Assembly: GCA_977862235.1 (NCBI GenBank) | Contig: OZ374563.1 | Span: forward strand, 806,001-870,000 | Direction: 5' to 3' | DNA length: 64,000 nucleotides | Source: Dudresnaya verticillata | Taxonomy: Eukaryota | The notes under the pieces: model-generated | Databases searched by the model: none | What the model was told of the DNA's origin: nothing | What the model saw: the letters and a program-made list of their open reading frames with translations, nothing else | Shown here: positions 43,840-56,686 of the stretch, in pieces | How the letters are laid out: the number at the start of each line of letters is the position of its first letter | How positions within the stretch are numbered: the first letter of the stretch is position 1 | Position numbers and translations under genes: made by a program

Positions 43840-46800
43840 TTACATGTAAAGCTTTGCAAAGATAGATGACAACTGAAGGACAATCAGTAGCGGCCCGGTG
43901 CGACTCGGACCAGCTCCTCTATCGTAGCCTCGCGGTAGGAACGGCATGTAAGGGTGAGCCTCGCCTCTCGGGTGAGCATCGCCTCTCGGGTGAGCATCGC
44001 CTCTGGGGTGTCGCTCGCAGTCGACACCCGGCTCATGCGCACGTTCAACTTCCGTGTAACGGTCATCACGATGATAGGCGTATCCTGAGCGGTCCGCGTT
44101 ATGGCCGTTACGGTACGGCGTTTCGCACTCGCGGCGGCCGCCGCCACCCCTTATGGTACCATAGCTATGCATAGGAGGCGCGGGCCTCGGATTGGCATCG
44201 GTCATATGATCATAAGGGCCGCCACGAAACCTGCCAGCGTTATTAACTTGGTATTTCCCGCGGTCGTACCCGTCATAGTTGTCGCGGTCTTACCCACGAT
44301 AGTTGCCACGGTCGTGCACGAGGGCATGCCCTTGGTAGTTGCCGCGGTCGGGCCCTTGATAGTTGCCACGGTCGTACCCTTCATAGGTGCGACGGGCACG
44401 ACCCTCATCATGGACATGTCGAGGGTGCATGAACTCATTACGCCCACCTTGAGCAGGCCCACGTGGGGCACACGGGTCGCGATACCCCGGGCCCTGAGCA
44501 GGAGGCCTTGCGGCAGGCCGGCAGGAGGGCCCTCCATCACCCACTCTCCCAACGAACTGTGCTAAGTCATCTCTCTCGGCACGTAGCGCTTCCATGGAGA
44601 ACATAACCTCATTAAGGTTACGCGTCGTGTGCGTTACCGTCTCGAAAAGCTTTCTCGCCAGCCTCTCAACAGTAATGAAGTCATGCTGTATCCAACCCTG
44701 TAGCCTGATGTATGTTTCCAGACCTGGAATCTCGGCCAAGTCTCTGAGGCCGATGCGCAGTGGGAGCGGGGTGGAGGCGCGCATTTCCTGCCGACGGACT
44801 TGACGCACGCTGAGCTTGATATGACGGCACTTCGAGTCAAGCATGACCTTCCTCCCGGCCGGGGGGTTCCCAACAATGTTGCCAGTTCCGATAACACTTT
44901 TAACGAAGAAGCTCCGTGTCAGACCTTCGAACGGTAACATCAACTCGTTCCGCTTCGACACGTCCATCGCATTCGCAGCTAGCATCCGCGAAATGACAAC
45001 ATCACAGTCAATTCTGGTGCATGGAAAACCCTTCCCATTCATGCTAACAATCTCAACATCTCCCACAACCTGCTTGATCGTGTGGATGGTTTCCCCTTCC
45101 AAGATGAACGCGCGGCCGCCGCGAATCGCCTCATTATGCCAGGTAGCGGCCAGGAGACCAAGAAATTCAACCTTGAGGATCTCCTTCAAGCGCTCACGTC
45201 TATCCATGTTTCTGCTGTCAACCATTTCCTGGTGATAGTACCACACACAAGGGGGGAGGGGGACTGGAAGAGTTGCTGGTACCTTGAGGTTGGCCAACCA
45301 CACAGGCGTCGCCGGGAAGACCTTCCTCATCTACTGAAGTGTGTAGCGCTTTGTCTCATACGCGTCAAAAGGCACGAGCAGACCACAGGATTCCCGGGCC
45401 CAAGCTTCATAGACAAACTCGGGTCTGTACCTGAATCCATTCCACCAACGGCCTAGAATGGGGTCATTGAACAGAGGGTGGTCTTTAGCGCAGCGCGGCA
45501 GCAGCTCTTGCAAGTAAACGTCCATCTCATCATTGTAGTAACACTCCACCTCACCCCGAGCGAATGTTCTGTCGACCTTCATCGTGTTCGGAAGTCCATA
45601 CCATGGTCTCTCGGCAGTCATGAGAGACCATGCATCATTCGCTGATTGCTGATCCTGCTCGTAGAGGTTCAGATACCGCTTTGCATCTGCTTTCATGCCG
45701 GTGAGCTCCCGCTTGACATAATGTGTGAACGACATGACGCGGAGCACTCCAGCACTCCGCGAATGTCTTGCGCTCAACCGGCGCTTATCAAGTGCAATCG
45801 CATCAAGATTGTCCCTCCATTCGGGAGGAGCCCCTTCCCGTCCTCCACGCGGCTGCATGCGTGGCAGCTTCGCCCACGCGGAATTGAAGGTTGGTACAAC
45901 AGCAACCTGAGCATCATGCGCGGCTGCGCCATGCCCATGGGGAACATCCATTGCGCGTGACGATTCCATTCGCATTTCTCCTGGAGTGCGTTGAATAACG
46001 CGCATCGACTCCGCGAAAGTCAGGTACGGAACAGGCGTTGCCTGCATCTGCAATGGCGTTCCTGGCCTATCATCTCGAACCGCAGCAGAACCTTGAGCAG
46101 CGCGACCAGCGGCCACTGGCCCAGACCTTGGCGCCTCACCAGGCGCGCCTCGTCGCGACGACGTGGCTTGACTTGTGCCCTTCGCGGCAGACCTTTTCCT
46201 CTTTCCCTGACAATCTATGTCCTGGGCGGCCGCCCTTTTCCGCTTTCCCAGCGATGGAAGTTCTTCCAGGTCTGATAGTTCCTCGGCGGTATTGTAGGGA
46301 CCATAGCTCTTCCGCAGCTTGGTCAACTGGGCTTCATTATCGACATCAATGACATCACTGAGCTCTCTATCTTCATTGGCCCGCGATTCCCCACCCTGGG
46401 TACTCTTCTGTGCTGGCACCCCGACCGGGGTCTTGCTCGCAGGCTGGACGTCTGCAGCCTTGTTAGCAACCTCCGACGCAGAGCGCGGCCCCGCGGGGGT
46501 GTGAAATCCAATTGTACCCCCATCTGTCAAACGCATGACAAAGTCCACATTTTCAGGACTTGTGCCATTATCCAGCAACTTCTCCTTGAAAGCTTCTTTG
46601 CCCGCGCTGGAGGTGGCCACTTCCAGCTCCACCTCATGTGGTGCACCGCGGTCCCCGCCGGGGCCGGCCGGGGCTGGAGCCTCTCTCGCCACTGGGAGCT
46701 GCCTATCATGGAGGTCGTTCTGTGTGGCCATGGGGATGTCCGTTGTTTCTGCGAGGATAACGACCTTCTTCGTCCTGAGTGATTCTCTACGCGTTGTCTG

Positions 46801-47763
46801 ATTGCCTTCAGCAGAGGCTGCGGCCACATCCTGGCCAGTAGAAAAAGCGCGTTTGGGGGTTGGGGTCTTGTTCTTGACCATCGTACTCTTCGAGGCCGCC
46901 TGCTTCTCTGCGTCTGCTTCGGTCGGCGCGGCTTGACTACGAATACCAGTAGCAGGGCCGGTAGCAGGGCCCTGCTTGGGAGGTGCCGTAACAGCGGGGG
47001 CAGAACTTGAAGATCTAGTCTTCGGCTTCGAACGGGTAGGCTTCGATATCGAGGACCTCTTGGGAACCTTATTCTTGCCCAGCGCTCTAGTGGAAGACTT
47101 GGTAGCGGCGGCCGCCGCCCTCGTCTTCGAACCCACCGGCGTCTTCACTGTCTTGTCTGTAACTCCGGATTTTCCCGGGCGTTTCCGCGTCGCCGAGCGC
47201 ATCGCTCCAGGTGTTGGCGCCGCGGGAGTCGAGCTTGGCGCAGAGGTCGAGCGTTTGGGAGCTGGCCGGTTCTTCCCAACATCTTCGGATGGAGCGGTGC
47301 GCGCGGGCGCAGGCGCGGGCGCAGGCATGGGAGCGGGCGCGGGAGCGGGCGCAGGCGCGGGTGCAGGCGTGGGAGTGGGCGCGGGCGCGGGTGCAGGCGC
47401 AGGCCCGGGAGCGGGTGCAGGCGCAGGCGCGCCCGGAGCAAGCGGGGGTGCGGGCTCGGGTGCAGGCGCTGGCGCGGGAAAAGGCGCAGGAGCTGGAGCC
47501 GGCGCGGGCGCGGGTGCAGGTGAGGCCGCGGGCGCGGCCGCGCTGCCGTCCGTAGACGACGTGCCCATGGGCAATTTGGAGTTGTCGGTACCCATCGGGA
47601 AAACCTGGAGGTGGGAGGGTGTAGTCCGGGTTGTGGTTGCGGAAGAGAGGGAGCGGTGGGACTCATTTTGCTCTGATATAACGTATTTTGACGGGCCTGA
47701 TGGCGACCGCAAATCACCGCTCGCGTCGTCCGCGGCCGCGGGCGATTGAGTCAGCCGGCTCAA
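43840..47763 (-). pseudogene. CACTA cargo gene C: Pro-Ala repeat and basic region, domain X, coiled coil, RGNYxG repeats
   Basis: 45331..47763 and 44290..45330 are one frame split by a single TAG, with a probable frameshifted tail at 43840..44205. Confidence 0.7.
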
Positions 47764-48582
47764 TGCCGTGCCAAATCATCGATCTGGGCTGCATACCATG
47801 GCATGACAGATCTTGGGCCCTGCATGCAGGCTCCAGGCCCGGCCGGGCCCAGTTTCCCTTTTTCCGGTAATTTTTTTGGAACAAACGGACGGCAATGCGG
47901 CTCACAACAGAGCCGTGATCGCGGCATGCGCCGCTGTGCATCAGGCAGGCCTGTCTGCAGGCGTACCGGTACGACCAATCACATCTACTCTCTTGTCCCA
48001 TGGCACACGTAAGGCGTGGCTGTACGCAGGTGAAAAACGTCATTGGCTCCAAATTTCCGAATGAGGCCCGCAATACGGGCAAACTATGCGCAGGTTCCAG
48101 TACCGGACCGCCCAAATGCAAGTCTTTGGATTTCAAACAGGCGGTTGTGCTTGTTTGACTGCGGCCGCAGTTTTGGCACCCGACAATCTGCTACGCTGCT
48201 ACCGCTTTCCGCGTCGCGATGCTCTCCTCTCACACGGAACTCACTCCATGGTGAACAGTCTTCACCTCATCATCGGGTATCGCCATTAACGCTTCGTCCT
48301 GAGAGTGCAGCGCGCTAGTGCTGGCAGGCTTGCAACCCAGAACGCGCTCCGTGATTCACCGTCTTCACATCATCACCAGGGCCCGAGATTTGTTTTCCGC
48401 CGTGCTGCTCGAAACCTGGAACGCGTTTCAGGGTACGTCCTGGCGGATAAGTATCCTATTCGGTCGCCATCCCTACGCGCGGCCGCGTCGCGGTATACGA
48501 TTGAGTTTCGTTAATTGATCAGCCGCATTGGAAAGCACAACATGGGCGTCGCAGAAGTCGTCAACATTCTTGGGTCGACTCT

Positions 48583-51500
48583 GTGGGAATGCGTGCCAAT
48601 CTAACCCACCTATTTCAGTTCGAGAGCTCCAACGACGCATCGGCAATTGCAATTGATGAAGGACCAGCCGGTCTCAGCCCGAGCCGTTTACCCAGCTTCG
48701 AACCAGGGTCTCCTACCGTTCAGATAGCGAATGAAGACTCCGCATGCGCGCAAGACACCGCGTTCGTGAGTCCTTACCAGGATCGCCTGGGCCCAGACGA
48801 AGGGCCATTCTTCTGTCCAGAATTCGATGAAGATGATGTGCCCCCCGAGTTGTTTGATTCTTTCGATGAGATCATCGACCTGGCAAATGGTGAATCTGTG
48901 AGGAGGTGGGAGCAAGATAGGTTATGTGACCCTGTTTCACGAATCGAAGTGCCACAGCCCTTCGCTTGCTTCGAATCGCGCAACAGGATGGACTCGTCCG
49001 GCCGGACTTCCGTTGGTTCTGCGGTGCCGGTGCCATTTTCTCGGCAGGATCTCGTGAAGTTTCTGCATAAAAGAAGAACTCTGCTGAACTGGGAGGAGCT
49101 GTTCGCTCTGTTTTGTGTTTGTGGAAGCGTCCGAATGACTGTGCGTCAGTATGAAACTTTGCAGAGAATGGGTAACTGGCTGGAGCGGCTTCAAAGTCGC
49201 GAGGCCTCGCTACCTGTGTATTCTACCATCCAACGAACGACATTCCCGTTCGCAATCAAACATTACTTCGTTGAGAGTTACAATGTTTCCCTTGCTGTTA
49301 CGAAGCAAGATCTGAAGAAGAGGGGAAGGGGGATCTCTTTCACTGACGTTGAAGAAGAGTGTGGACACATGAGAGGGCGGAAGAAGAGAGTGAGAGCGGC
49401 CGCTCCCCGACCTCCTCAACACGCTGCAAGCCTTGAAGCAGACGAGACGGCCCGACGATTTCCTCCTGTCAAGGTCATATTCCCTTCGGAGTGGGCCAAG
49501 ATGGATGTAGCAACTTACCCTGTATTCAACGATTTGTTTCCTAACTTCGACACCGGCAACCCCGGGGCCCCGGCGTCTGACTGCAGCTACGCCCAGAGTC
49601 CTGCTGACCCCGAATCCATCGAGATAACAAGAGTTGTGAGGCACCGCCGAAATTCTTTAAACGCTGCTGAGATGTTGTTCGTTTCAAAAGGGGAGAACAT
49701 CGTTAGAGCGACCACAGGAATAACGGTGGATGTTCATGTTCAGCGAGTTCCGAGGCGTGTTGTAACACATCCGCGTTCAGCACGGTCCTGTGCCTCGAGG
49801 GCAAACTCCACCGGGGCCCCGGGTGTCATCGTGACTGGACAAATTGCTGCCTGCTGGTGTGTCGCTTCCAGAAGCTGCCAAACTGAAAGCTCAAAGCGAG
49901 CAGTTGAGGAGGCAAGAGGTGTTGAGAAGGACATCATCAACCTGTTAAGCGCTGGTGCCAAAGTTGATTGTATCCACGGAGGCTGTAACGAAATCGCGGA
50001 CGCTAACCAGACAACGACTACAGACTTGCAAAAAAGCACGGCCGTGCTTCCAGGGGACTTTTGCTTGCTTTTCAGTATTCCTGAGCGACGCCCAGAAGGC
50101 TTCGTGGCCTGTGTGCTGGTCAGCAGGTTCTGGCGATATCGGGATGGGGAGCCTTCGCAGCTCTTAATATGGATAGATGTGGACAACAGTTGGAGTTCAG
50201 GCGTTGATGTCTGCGGGGAGGGGTCGCCATTTCAAGTCCTGAAGGAAAGGACGCCAGTTAAGAAAGTTCACCTTGGCGTGTGTCGAGATGGAAGAGAGCG
50301 AGCACTCCGAAAAGCCATTGATGAAGAAGACATGCCTATGGACTTCCTTTCTCGGCCGAGAAATATGGGGGTCCTTCATTCTGGAGAGAGATATGTCATA
50401 TATCGCCTTTTATTGTACTGTGACGACTTTCAACCCTGTACTTCTTTGCTCCAGCAAGGCTCTGCGGGTGGGTGCTACCCTCTACCACTCGGTCTTTCAC
50501 CGCGAAACCGTGCGAAGAGATCAGCTGTACGGCTTTTGGGACTGACACCGCCCGGCGTGAGCACAAATGAGGTTCTGCGGGACATCGTACCAGACCTCGT
50601 GAAGGGATGTACTGAAGGTTTCAAAGGGAAGAGCCCAAGCGGGGAGCATGTCAGGATCTTCCTTGACCCAGTCGGGTTCATTGCAGACTTCCCGGCGGCC
50701 GCCAAGTCTACAGATGTTGTAGGATACACTGACAAGGCCTCTTGTACCCACTGCAACTTTCTACGCGCATTCAATGATGTTTGAAGTAAGTTCGGCTATA
50801 CTGTGCGACTACACTCCCAACATTCTTCAAGCGTTCGCTGCAAAGCAAGGCATAATGCTTTGCGGGAGAGTGGAATTTGCGAGCACCAAGCACCACGTAT
50901 GGGAATGTCGATGGAGTATGACGACAGTGGCATAAAACCGCTGTTGTACTTGTCTGAGGAGTTGGAGAGATTCCGGCCGGACGTGTCCCTTAACGTCAAT
51001 GGAGAACGTGTCGTGCCGTGCACCTTCGACCCATACCTATCACAGGTCGTTGCCCCAGATCACTTACTCACCGGCTTGATCAAGAATACTCCTACAACCT
51101 GCTTCCTGGCTTTGTCTCCAAAGGGGAAAACCATTGCTGATATCATAATTTGCCAGGGACTTCGCGACAACGGGATGCTCACCCAGAATTCCGTCTTCGA
51201 GAGTAAGTTACACTCCATGCAGCTTTCCGAACTGTACTGCGTTCTCACTGTGTCTATTTCTGCCTTTCGTATAACCCTGGGAAAGGCGAGCGATGCTTAC
51301 CGCTTGGCCAAGTGCCTGCAGGAACTCATTTCAGGAACATTCTGGTGGCCTCTTGCACATGTGGACGGAGAAAAAGCTGTGGAGACGTTTCGAAAGTCGG
51401 GTGGCCACCCATATCTGCGCCGCCTGCAGAGTCTTGCGACGAAATATGTCAAGTTGAGCAACGAGTACATTGAGGCAAACGATCTTGACGGCGATTTGGA

Positions 51501-52598
51501 CAAGCCCAATCTACATCGCCTCATGGAACTGTACTATCACACTATCCCAATGTTTGGGCATGCAAGACATGTCATGGAACTGGTATTCGAGTGTGCGCAC
51601 TCCCCTCTGAAACGATGTGTGACAAGAAGTAATCATCACAATGCGCATATATCCGCCGTGGAGCATGTCCTCGGAAATGACTGGCAGGGAAGGCTTGCCC
51701 TCCTTAGACACACTTCGGAGCATGGAAAAATCAAGAACGCATTATGGCGCGCAGAGGTCTCAGAAGGCTACTTCTCGGGCCCGAGATCTGCTCCGTTAAG
51801 GAAGAGGACCCCAAAGTCACTACCGTTATTCAGGACTTGGACGACAAGATCGAAGGAAGGGGTGTTCGTGGAGCCGCTAATGGAAGAACTAAGGGCAGAT
51901 GGTAAGGTGAATCCTTCCTGGTCGAGTACGGAAGCGGAGTGGACAGGGACGACAGTTTCAAAAGAGCTAAAAGGCGTAGGGCGAGCTAAAACAGCTGTAC
52001 ATACGTGGGACGAGTTCCTTGACGAGGCTGTGTCGGCAATTGAGGAGTACTACCCAGACTTCGATAGGCGAAATGGAGCTGCCGCCCCAGCCTTCATCAT
52101 GCGCGGAGCGAAACGAGTTCGAACGACAACGGTTGCGGGCCCGCATCGGACCTACAGGCACGACATAGTTGCCCATGGGTCGGTATTAAGATGCCTTGTT
52201 TCGCCCGGGGATGAAAACAGAAAAGTCATTTACCAGCAAGTGATTGAAGTGGAAATGTGAAGCTGTTCGCAGTGGTATGCTGCCTTCAGTTTGGAGGCAA
52301 TGGAAGAAATGTGTCAGAGCGCGGGACTTGGGCAATTGTTGTTCAGTGCTTGAAGACAGATGCGAGGCTGCAGGTGAGCGCGGCCGCGCTATGTGAGAAT
52401 GTTCAGGTGGTGAAATTGACAAGGGGCGTGAGGAGAGTCGCTGTGTACCACGACTGTGGTTTTCAAGAGGACGGGTTGCATCTGGAATGCGAAGTCGATG
52501 AGGAACAAAGAACTGTTAGGCATACGGAGTCAGTGTTGGATGGAGGGCTGTACTTTTTTCAGACGAGGGAGCAAGGTTACCCTCCGCGCATGGCGTAG
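48583..52598 (+). pseudogene. CACTA/EnSpm-type (TnpD-like) transposase
   Basis: LLLYCDDFQP...SAGGCY...LTPPG...FIADFPAAAK...CTHC; APDHLLTG; KPNLHRLMELYYHTIPMFG...FECAHSPLK. One in-frame TGA (50782-84) and a frameshift near 52257. Confidence 0.88.
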
Positions 52599-53237
52599 GC
52601 AAAATCGCAAGCGTGCCAGCGCATGCTCCGGCCGGAAGCGTGGGCGCCTGATAGCGCTATTGTCAAGGGCGCAGAAGGAGATTGATATCGCGCGCGGCCG
52701 CGCGCGACGCGCGGCCGAACGCTGGCCGGCGTGCCCAGCGTTCGGCAGCACGCGCGGGCGAGTGCCGTTACAAGACCGACGAAACGGTCACTTGTTACAG
52801 TTGTGTAGGTTCATAGTCATGAAGTAAAGCATGTTTTCTGATGGGTACGAAATGGCTGTGTCATTAAGTAATGCAGGCCAATGCATACGTATAGATTCGA
52901 TGGGCGCAAAATATAAACTGGAAATTGCGACGATATATGAAACATAATACTTCATGAAGTATAACATGTTATTACTGCGATGCGATGCATCGCAGTAAGG
53001 CCGCAGGTGTTGCAAGGTGCATGCGTAAATCTGCGGCGGTAATGAATCTGACTCAAAATTGTGACGCGCCAGAAATGAATTCTAATTATGGGGTATCAAA
53101 TTTTCTAATGCATTCCAGAATCACTTTGCAATTTCTGGCGCATGTTTTCAGACCCTGGCGCATCAAAATCCCATGGGCCAAACCCATTATTTTGCGATTT
53201 ATTCTAATATGATCAAGCCGAAATCGCCTTCGTAGTG

Positions 53238-53330
53238 TGGTCCGCACCCACGACTGGATCCTCGGACGCAGCGATCCAGGCGCAGGCGAGGACCTCCTTC
53301 TCATCCTGATGTCCCAGCTCTTCCCGCTTT
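53238..53330 (-). pseudogene. Fragment of a PIF/Harbinger ORF1-type Myb-like protein, cut by the CACTA right TIR
   Basis: The minus strand reads DEKEVLACAWIAASEDPVVGAD, matching the family pattern ED..L..AW...S.DP..G.dQ. Confidence 0.65.
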
Positions 53331-53463
53331 TTGAAAACGTGGTGTTGCTTTTACTTGTTCTGTCTTGGATCTTATGGACTTGCTAGTCTCTGATCCTTTT
53401 ATATGCATCTGAATAGTTTTCCAAGTTACAATAAACATGAAGTGCAGTGTAAAAGTCAGTAGC

Positions 53464-53620
53464 TGTCGATAGTACAAGGATACAACAATATTTGTTGTTT
53501 GTAGTGTTACATATCAAACACTTTGTATTCGATATATAGATATGAAGTCAACTTCATAATGCATTTGCATCTGAGTCATCGTGCTGATAAGGATACTGCT
53601 GCATCCGACTCATTCTGACA
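53464..53620 (-). repeat. Probable Copia 3' LTR
   Basis: On the minus strand, PPT GAGGGGGAC is followed by TGTCAG at 53620. The left edge (TGTC at 53464) is tentative. Confidence 0.55.
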
Positions 53621-55840
53621 GTCCCCCTCGCGAAGACGAAGACTCGAATTGTAGGCTATCTCGGTGAATTTGAAAACTTGATCCTACGAACGACTTGGTC
53701 ATAGAATCTGCCTTGTTTGATTCTGACGGAGTGTATATCACTTGAACTTCATTGTTGTCCACTGCTTCTTTGACGAATGAGTAGCGAATTCCAATGTGCT
53801 TAATATTTCTAAGTCCTTGGACATCGTTGATCCATCGAATAGTGCCTAGGTTATCTTGATGAATCGTAATGGGCAATTGTACAGTAATATCTAGCTCAGT
53901 GAGGACCTGTCGGCACCATTTCACCAGTTTCAGACAATCTGCGAGAGCATAAAACTCTGCCTCAGGGGTTGAGACTGCAACTGACTGTTGCAACTTAGAG
54001 CTCCAAATTACTGGGTTTTCCCCAATCGTTAAAACAATGCCTGACCTTGATCGTCTACTATCTTGTTCCCGAGCCCAATCTGCATCACTCCATGCTTCCA
54101 AGCGTACATCGCTGTTACGGTAGGATAGTCCGTAATCTACAGTTCCTTTCAGGTATCTGAGTACATGTTTGAGGGCTTTCCAATGTACTGGCTTCGGTGA
54201 AGCGCTGAATTTGCCCAACATAGATACTACTGTTGCGATGTCAGGCCTTGTCCTGGTACTTAAGTGGAGTAGAGTTCCCAGCACGCTGGAAAAGGGTACT
54301 GCTTCCATCTGCAATTCCTCTTCTGCTGTTTGCATTGTCCTTGGATCGTAGAGTACATGACTTGACGGTAGTGGGGTTGGTGATGAATTACAATTAGTCA
54401 TGTTCGTGTCATTGAAAAGTTTTTCAATCAATGGACGCTGCGTCATAATTATATCACCACATTCTTTTTCAGTGATCGAAACACCAAGAAAGTGACTTAG
54501 CGGACCCAGATCTGTGATTGTAAAGTACCCTTGAAGTTTCTTCTTAACGTTAACGTAAACGTAAACCGTACGGTTTGGATGAGGCCTTCGTCACCAAATA
54601 GGGCAAGGTCATCCACATATGCCAACAATATTACTTGTGAAGTCTTTGAATGCAATCGGAAGAGACATTCACTACATGATAGATTTTCAAATCCTATCTT
54701 CTGCAAGGTTGACCGCAATGTTTTATACCAAAGCTTAGGTGCCTCTCTAAGTCCATAAAGTGACTTTCGGAGCTTCACTATTCTTCCATCTGCATCTTTA
54801 ACGCCATATATGTTAGGAAGCTTGAGCCAGATATCCGTATCCTTCGGTAGTAGCGAGTACAAAAAGGTACCCTTCACGTCCATTTGATGACGTACCCATT
54901 GAAACATTACTGATAGAGCCAGCAGAATTCGCACCAGGTCAAAAGATGCTACCGGTGCATATCTACTTTCATATGCAGATTCATCAACTGCTTGCATATT
55001 TGCGCGTGCCACTAGCCTTGCTTTAAAGCGTGCAGGTCGGCCGTTGTTATCTCTTTTCAGTCTGAGTACAATACCAGATGCGATAGCCCTTCGTGGAGGC
55101 CTATCCTCTTCTTGGTACGTTCCAGCCTTTATGACTGTGTTGAATTCTTCATTTATGGCTTCCTTCCAGAAGTCTGCTTCAGCTGATCCTAGAGCAGTTT
55201 TAAGCGGGGGTTCGTCTTCGGTAGTTATAGATTTAGGCATAGCCTTGTTGCTACGAGGCCGCAAGTTGTACCCGTGGCTTGTACTATTTTCTTCTTCCAC
55301 CCGGTACGTTGATGGATGCTCTGGAATATATGATAAGTCGTCAAGCGAGATAACAGTTGGTTTGTAGTTATCTGTGACCTGCGGCGATATTTCTAAGTCA
55401 GATTCTGTGTTGCGTTCCTTGAAAGCTTCTGAATCGGAGTCTTCTTCAGTCGACGTTTCTTCTTCCGTGCGACCATCTAATTCAGAGCTCTCGGAAGATG
55501 TAGCGTGGTCTGTGTTACTGTCTGCCTGATTTGCCACTGTATTTGAAGTCTTAAATAGGTCCAGCCCAGGGAATTCTAATTCCTTGAAACGTACATGCTT
55601 ACTTATTATTACTTTCTTACCGGTTAGCACCTTATAACTTCCACCATTAATGTGTCCGAGATTAATTCCCTCTGTTAATCGTGCCGCAAATTTCTTCTGC
55701 TTCTTCACTGCAGGTTGAACAATAGCTCGGCAGCCAAAAGGCCTCATATGTTTTGCATAAGGTGCAGGAGTTTTGAATAAGCTAACATAAGGTGATGATT
55801 TTGTTACTGAATGTGTCACAATGTTTCTGGCCTGTGATAC
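53610..55840 (-). pseudogene. Ty1/Copia pol 3' part (integrase C-terminus, RT, RNase H)
   Basis: RPFGCRA, RFKARLVA, HQMDVKGTFL, LRKSLYGLREAPKLW, LAYVDDL, TRPDIA, SDADWA, STPEAEF, HQDNLG, KHIGIRY, ADSMTK. Frameshift near 54540. Confidence 0.95.
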
Positions 55841-56686
55841 TGTGGTGCAAAACGTCTGAGACGATAGACCGCCGAGCAGTTAGGGGCTCGGTTGGTAGCT
55901 GCGCCCTTGGCGGTGAGTAGCCCCGCCTTGGGCGACTTGTTGGTAGAGCAAAGGACACGCCTTGGGCGGACTGTAGACTCCCGAGGCGGAAAGAAAGGGA
56001 AAAGGGAACAGAAAGGAAACAAAACGGGAGCACGTCAAGGACGGGTAGAGACGTGGAAGCACGGGAGGTAGACGCTTAGCCGTAGGCAGCGGTAGGGTAC
56101 GCGCGTGCGGAACAGGGAAGTCTGGACCAAGGCCGGCTTGTCCGGGGTTTACTCAGCGTCTCGGACGGATTACCTAATATACTACGTGAGCGACGGCGGC
56201 AGGCGCGGTGCGCGGGAACTCAGGACGCGTGTCGCGTCGTCGAGTGTCTGACACGTCGTCGTCGCCATGCAGCCGCGTGCGCGGGAGCTCAGGAGTAGCT
56301 TACAGGTGCATGCGTGCAGCATTGCGGGTGATCCGGATTCGGATCCAGATCCCTGCCACCATTGCTGGCGCGCGGCCCTTACAGGCGCGCCCCTTACATC
56401 ACTGTGGATCCCGATGCCGGATCCCGATGTCCCATCCAGATCCGATCCGGATCCGGGCCAAGCTTACAGGCGTGCGCCTTGCGCCTGGCCGATCCGGATC
56501 GTGCATCTGGATCTGGCCGTACAGTGGGCGCGTGCGCCGCGCCGCGCGGGGTAACGGCGGCCATATGCCCGTGGGCCAATCGTCCACGACGTGTTCGCGC
56601 GCCAGCGGCGGTCGAAGTGCCGTCGGTAGACGTTTGCATATAATACGCTCACAGCGAAAAAGGGGCAGCCCTCCCCTTGCACCACA
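55841..56686 (-). repeat. 3' LTR of Gypsy element 2, inserted into the Copia integrase
   Basis: 10-bp TIR TGTGGTGCAA...TTGCACCACA. Minus-strand PPT GAGGGGG just outside at ~56690-56696. The Copia frame (VSQARNIVTHS) resumes at 55840. Confidence 0.88.

Larger units (their letters stand above)
35697..53237. mobile_element. Giant CACTA/EnSpm (CMC) DNA transposon, ~17.5 kb
   Basis: Perfect 17-bp TIR CACTACGAAGGCGATTT (35697-35713) / AAATCGCCTTCGTAGTG (53221-53237). AT-rich subterminal regions share motifs (TTTCTGGCG, AAAATCCCA, TAATGAATCT). Internal EnSpm-type transposase. No TSD. Confidence 0.88.

Noticed and set aside
46976..47749. Gly-Ala-rich 257-aa plus-strand ORF
   Set aside because: It is the antisense shadow of the Pro-Ala repeat in gene C.
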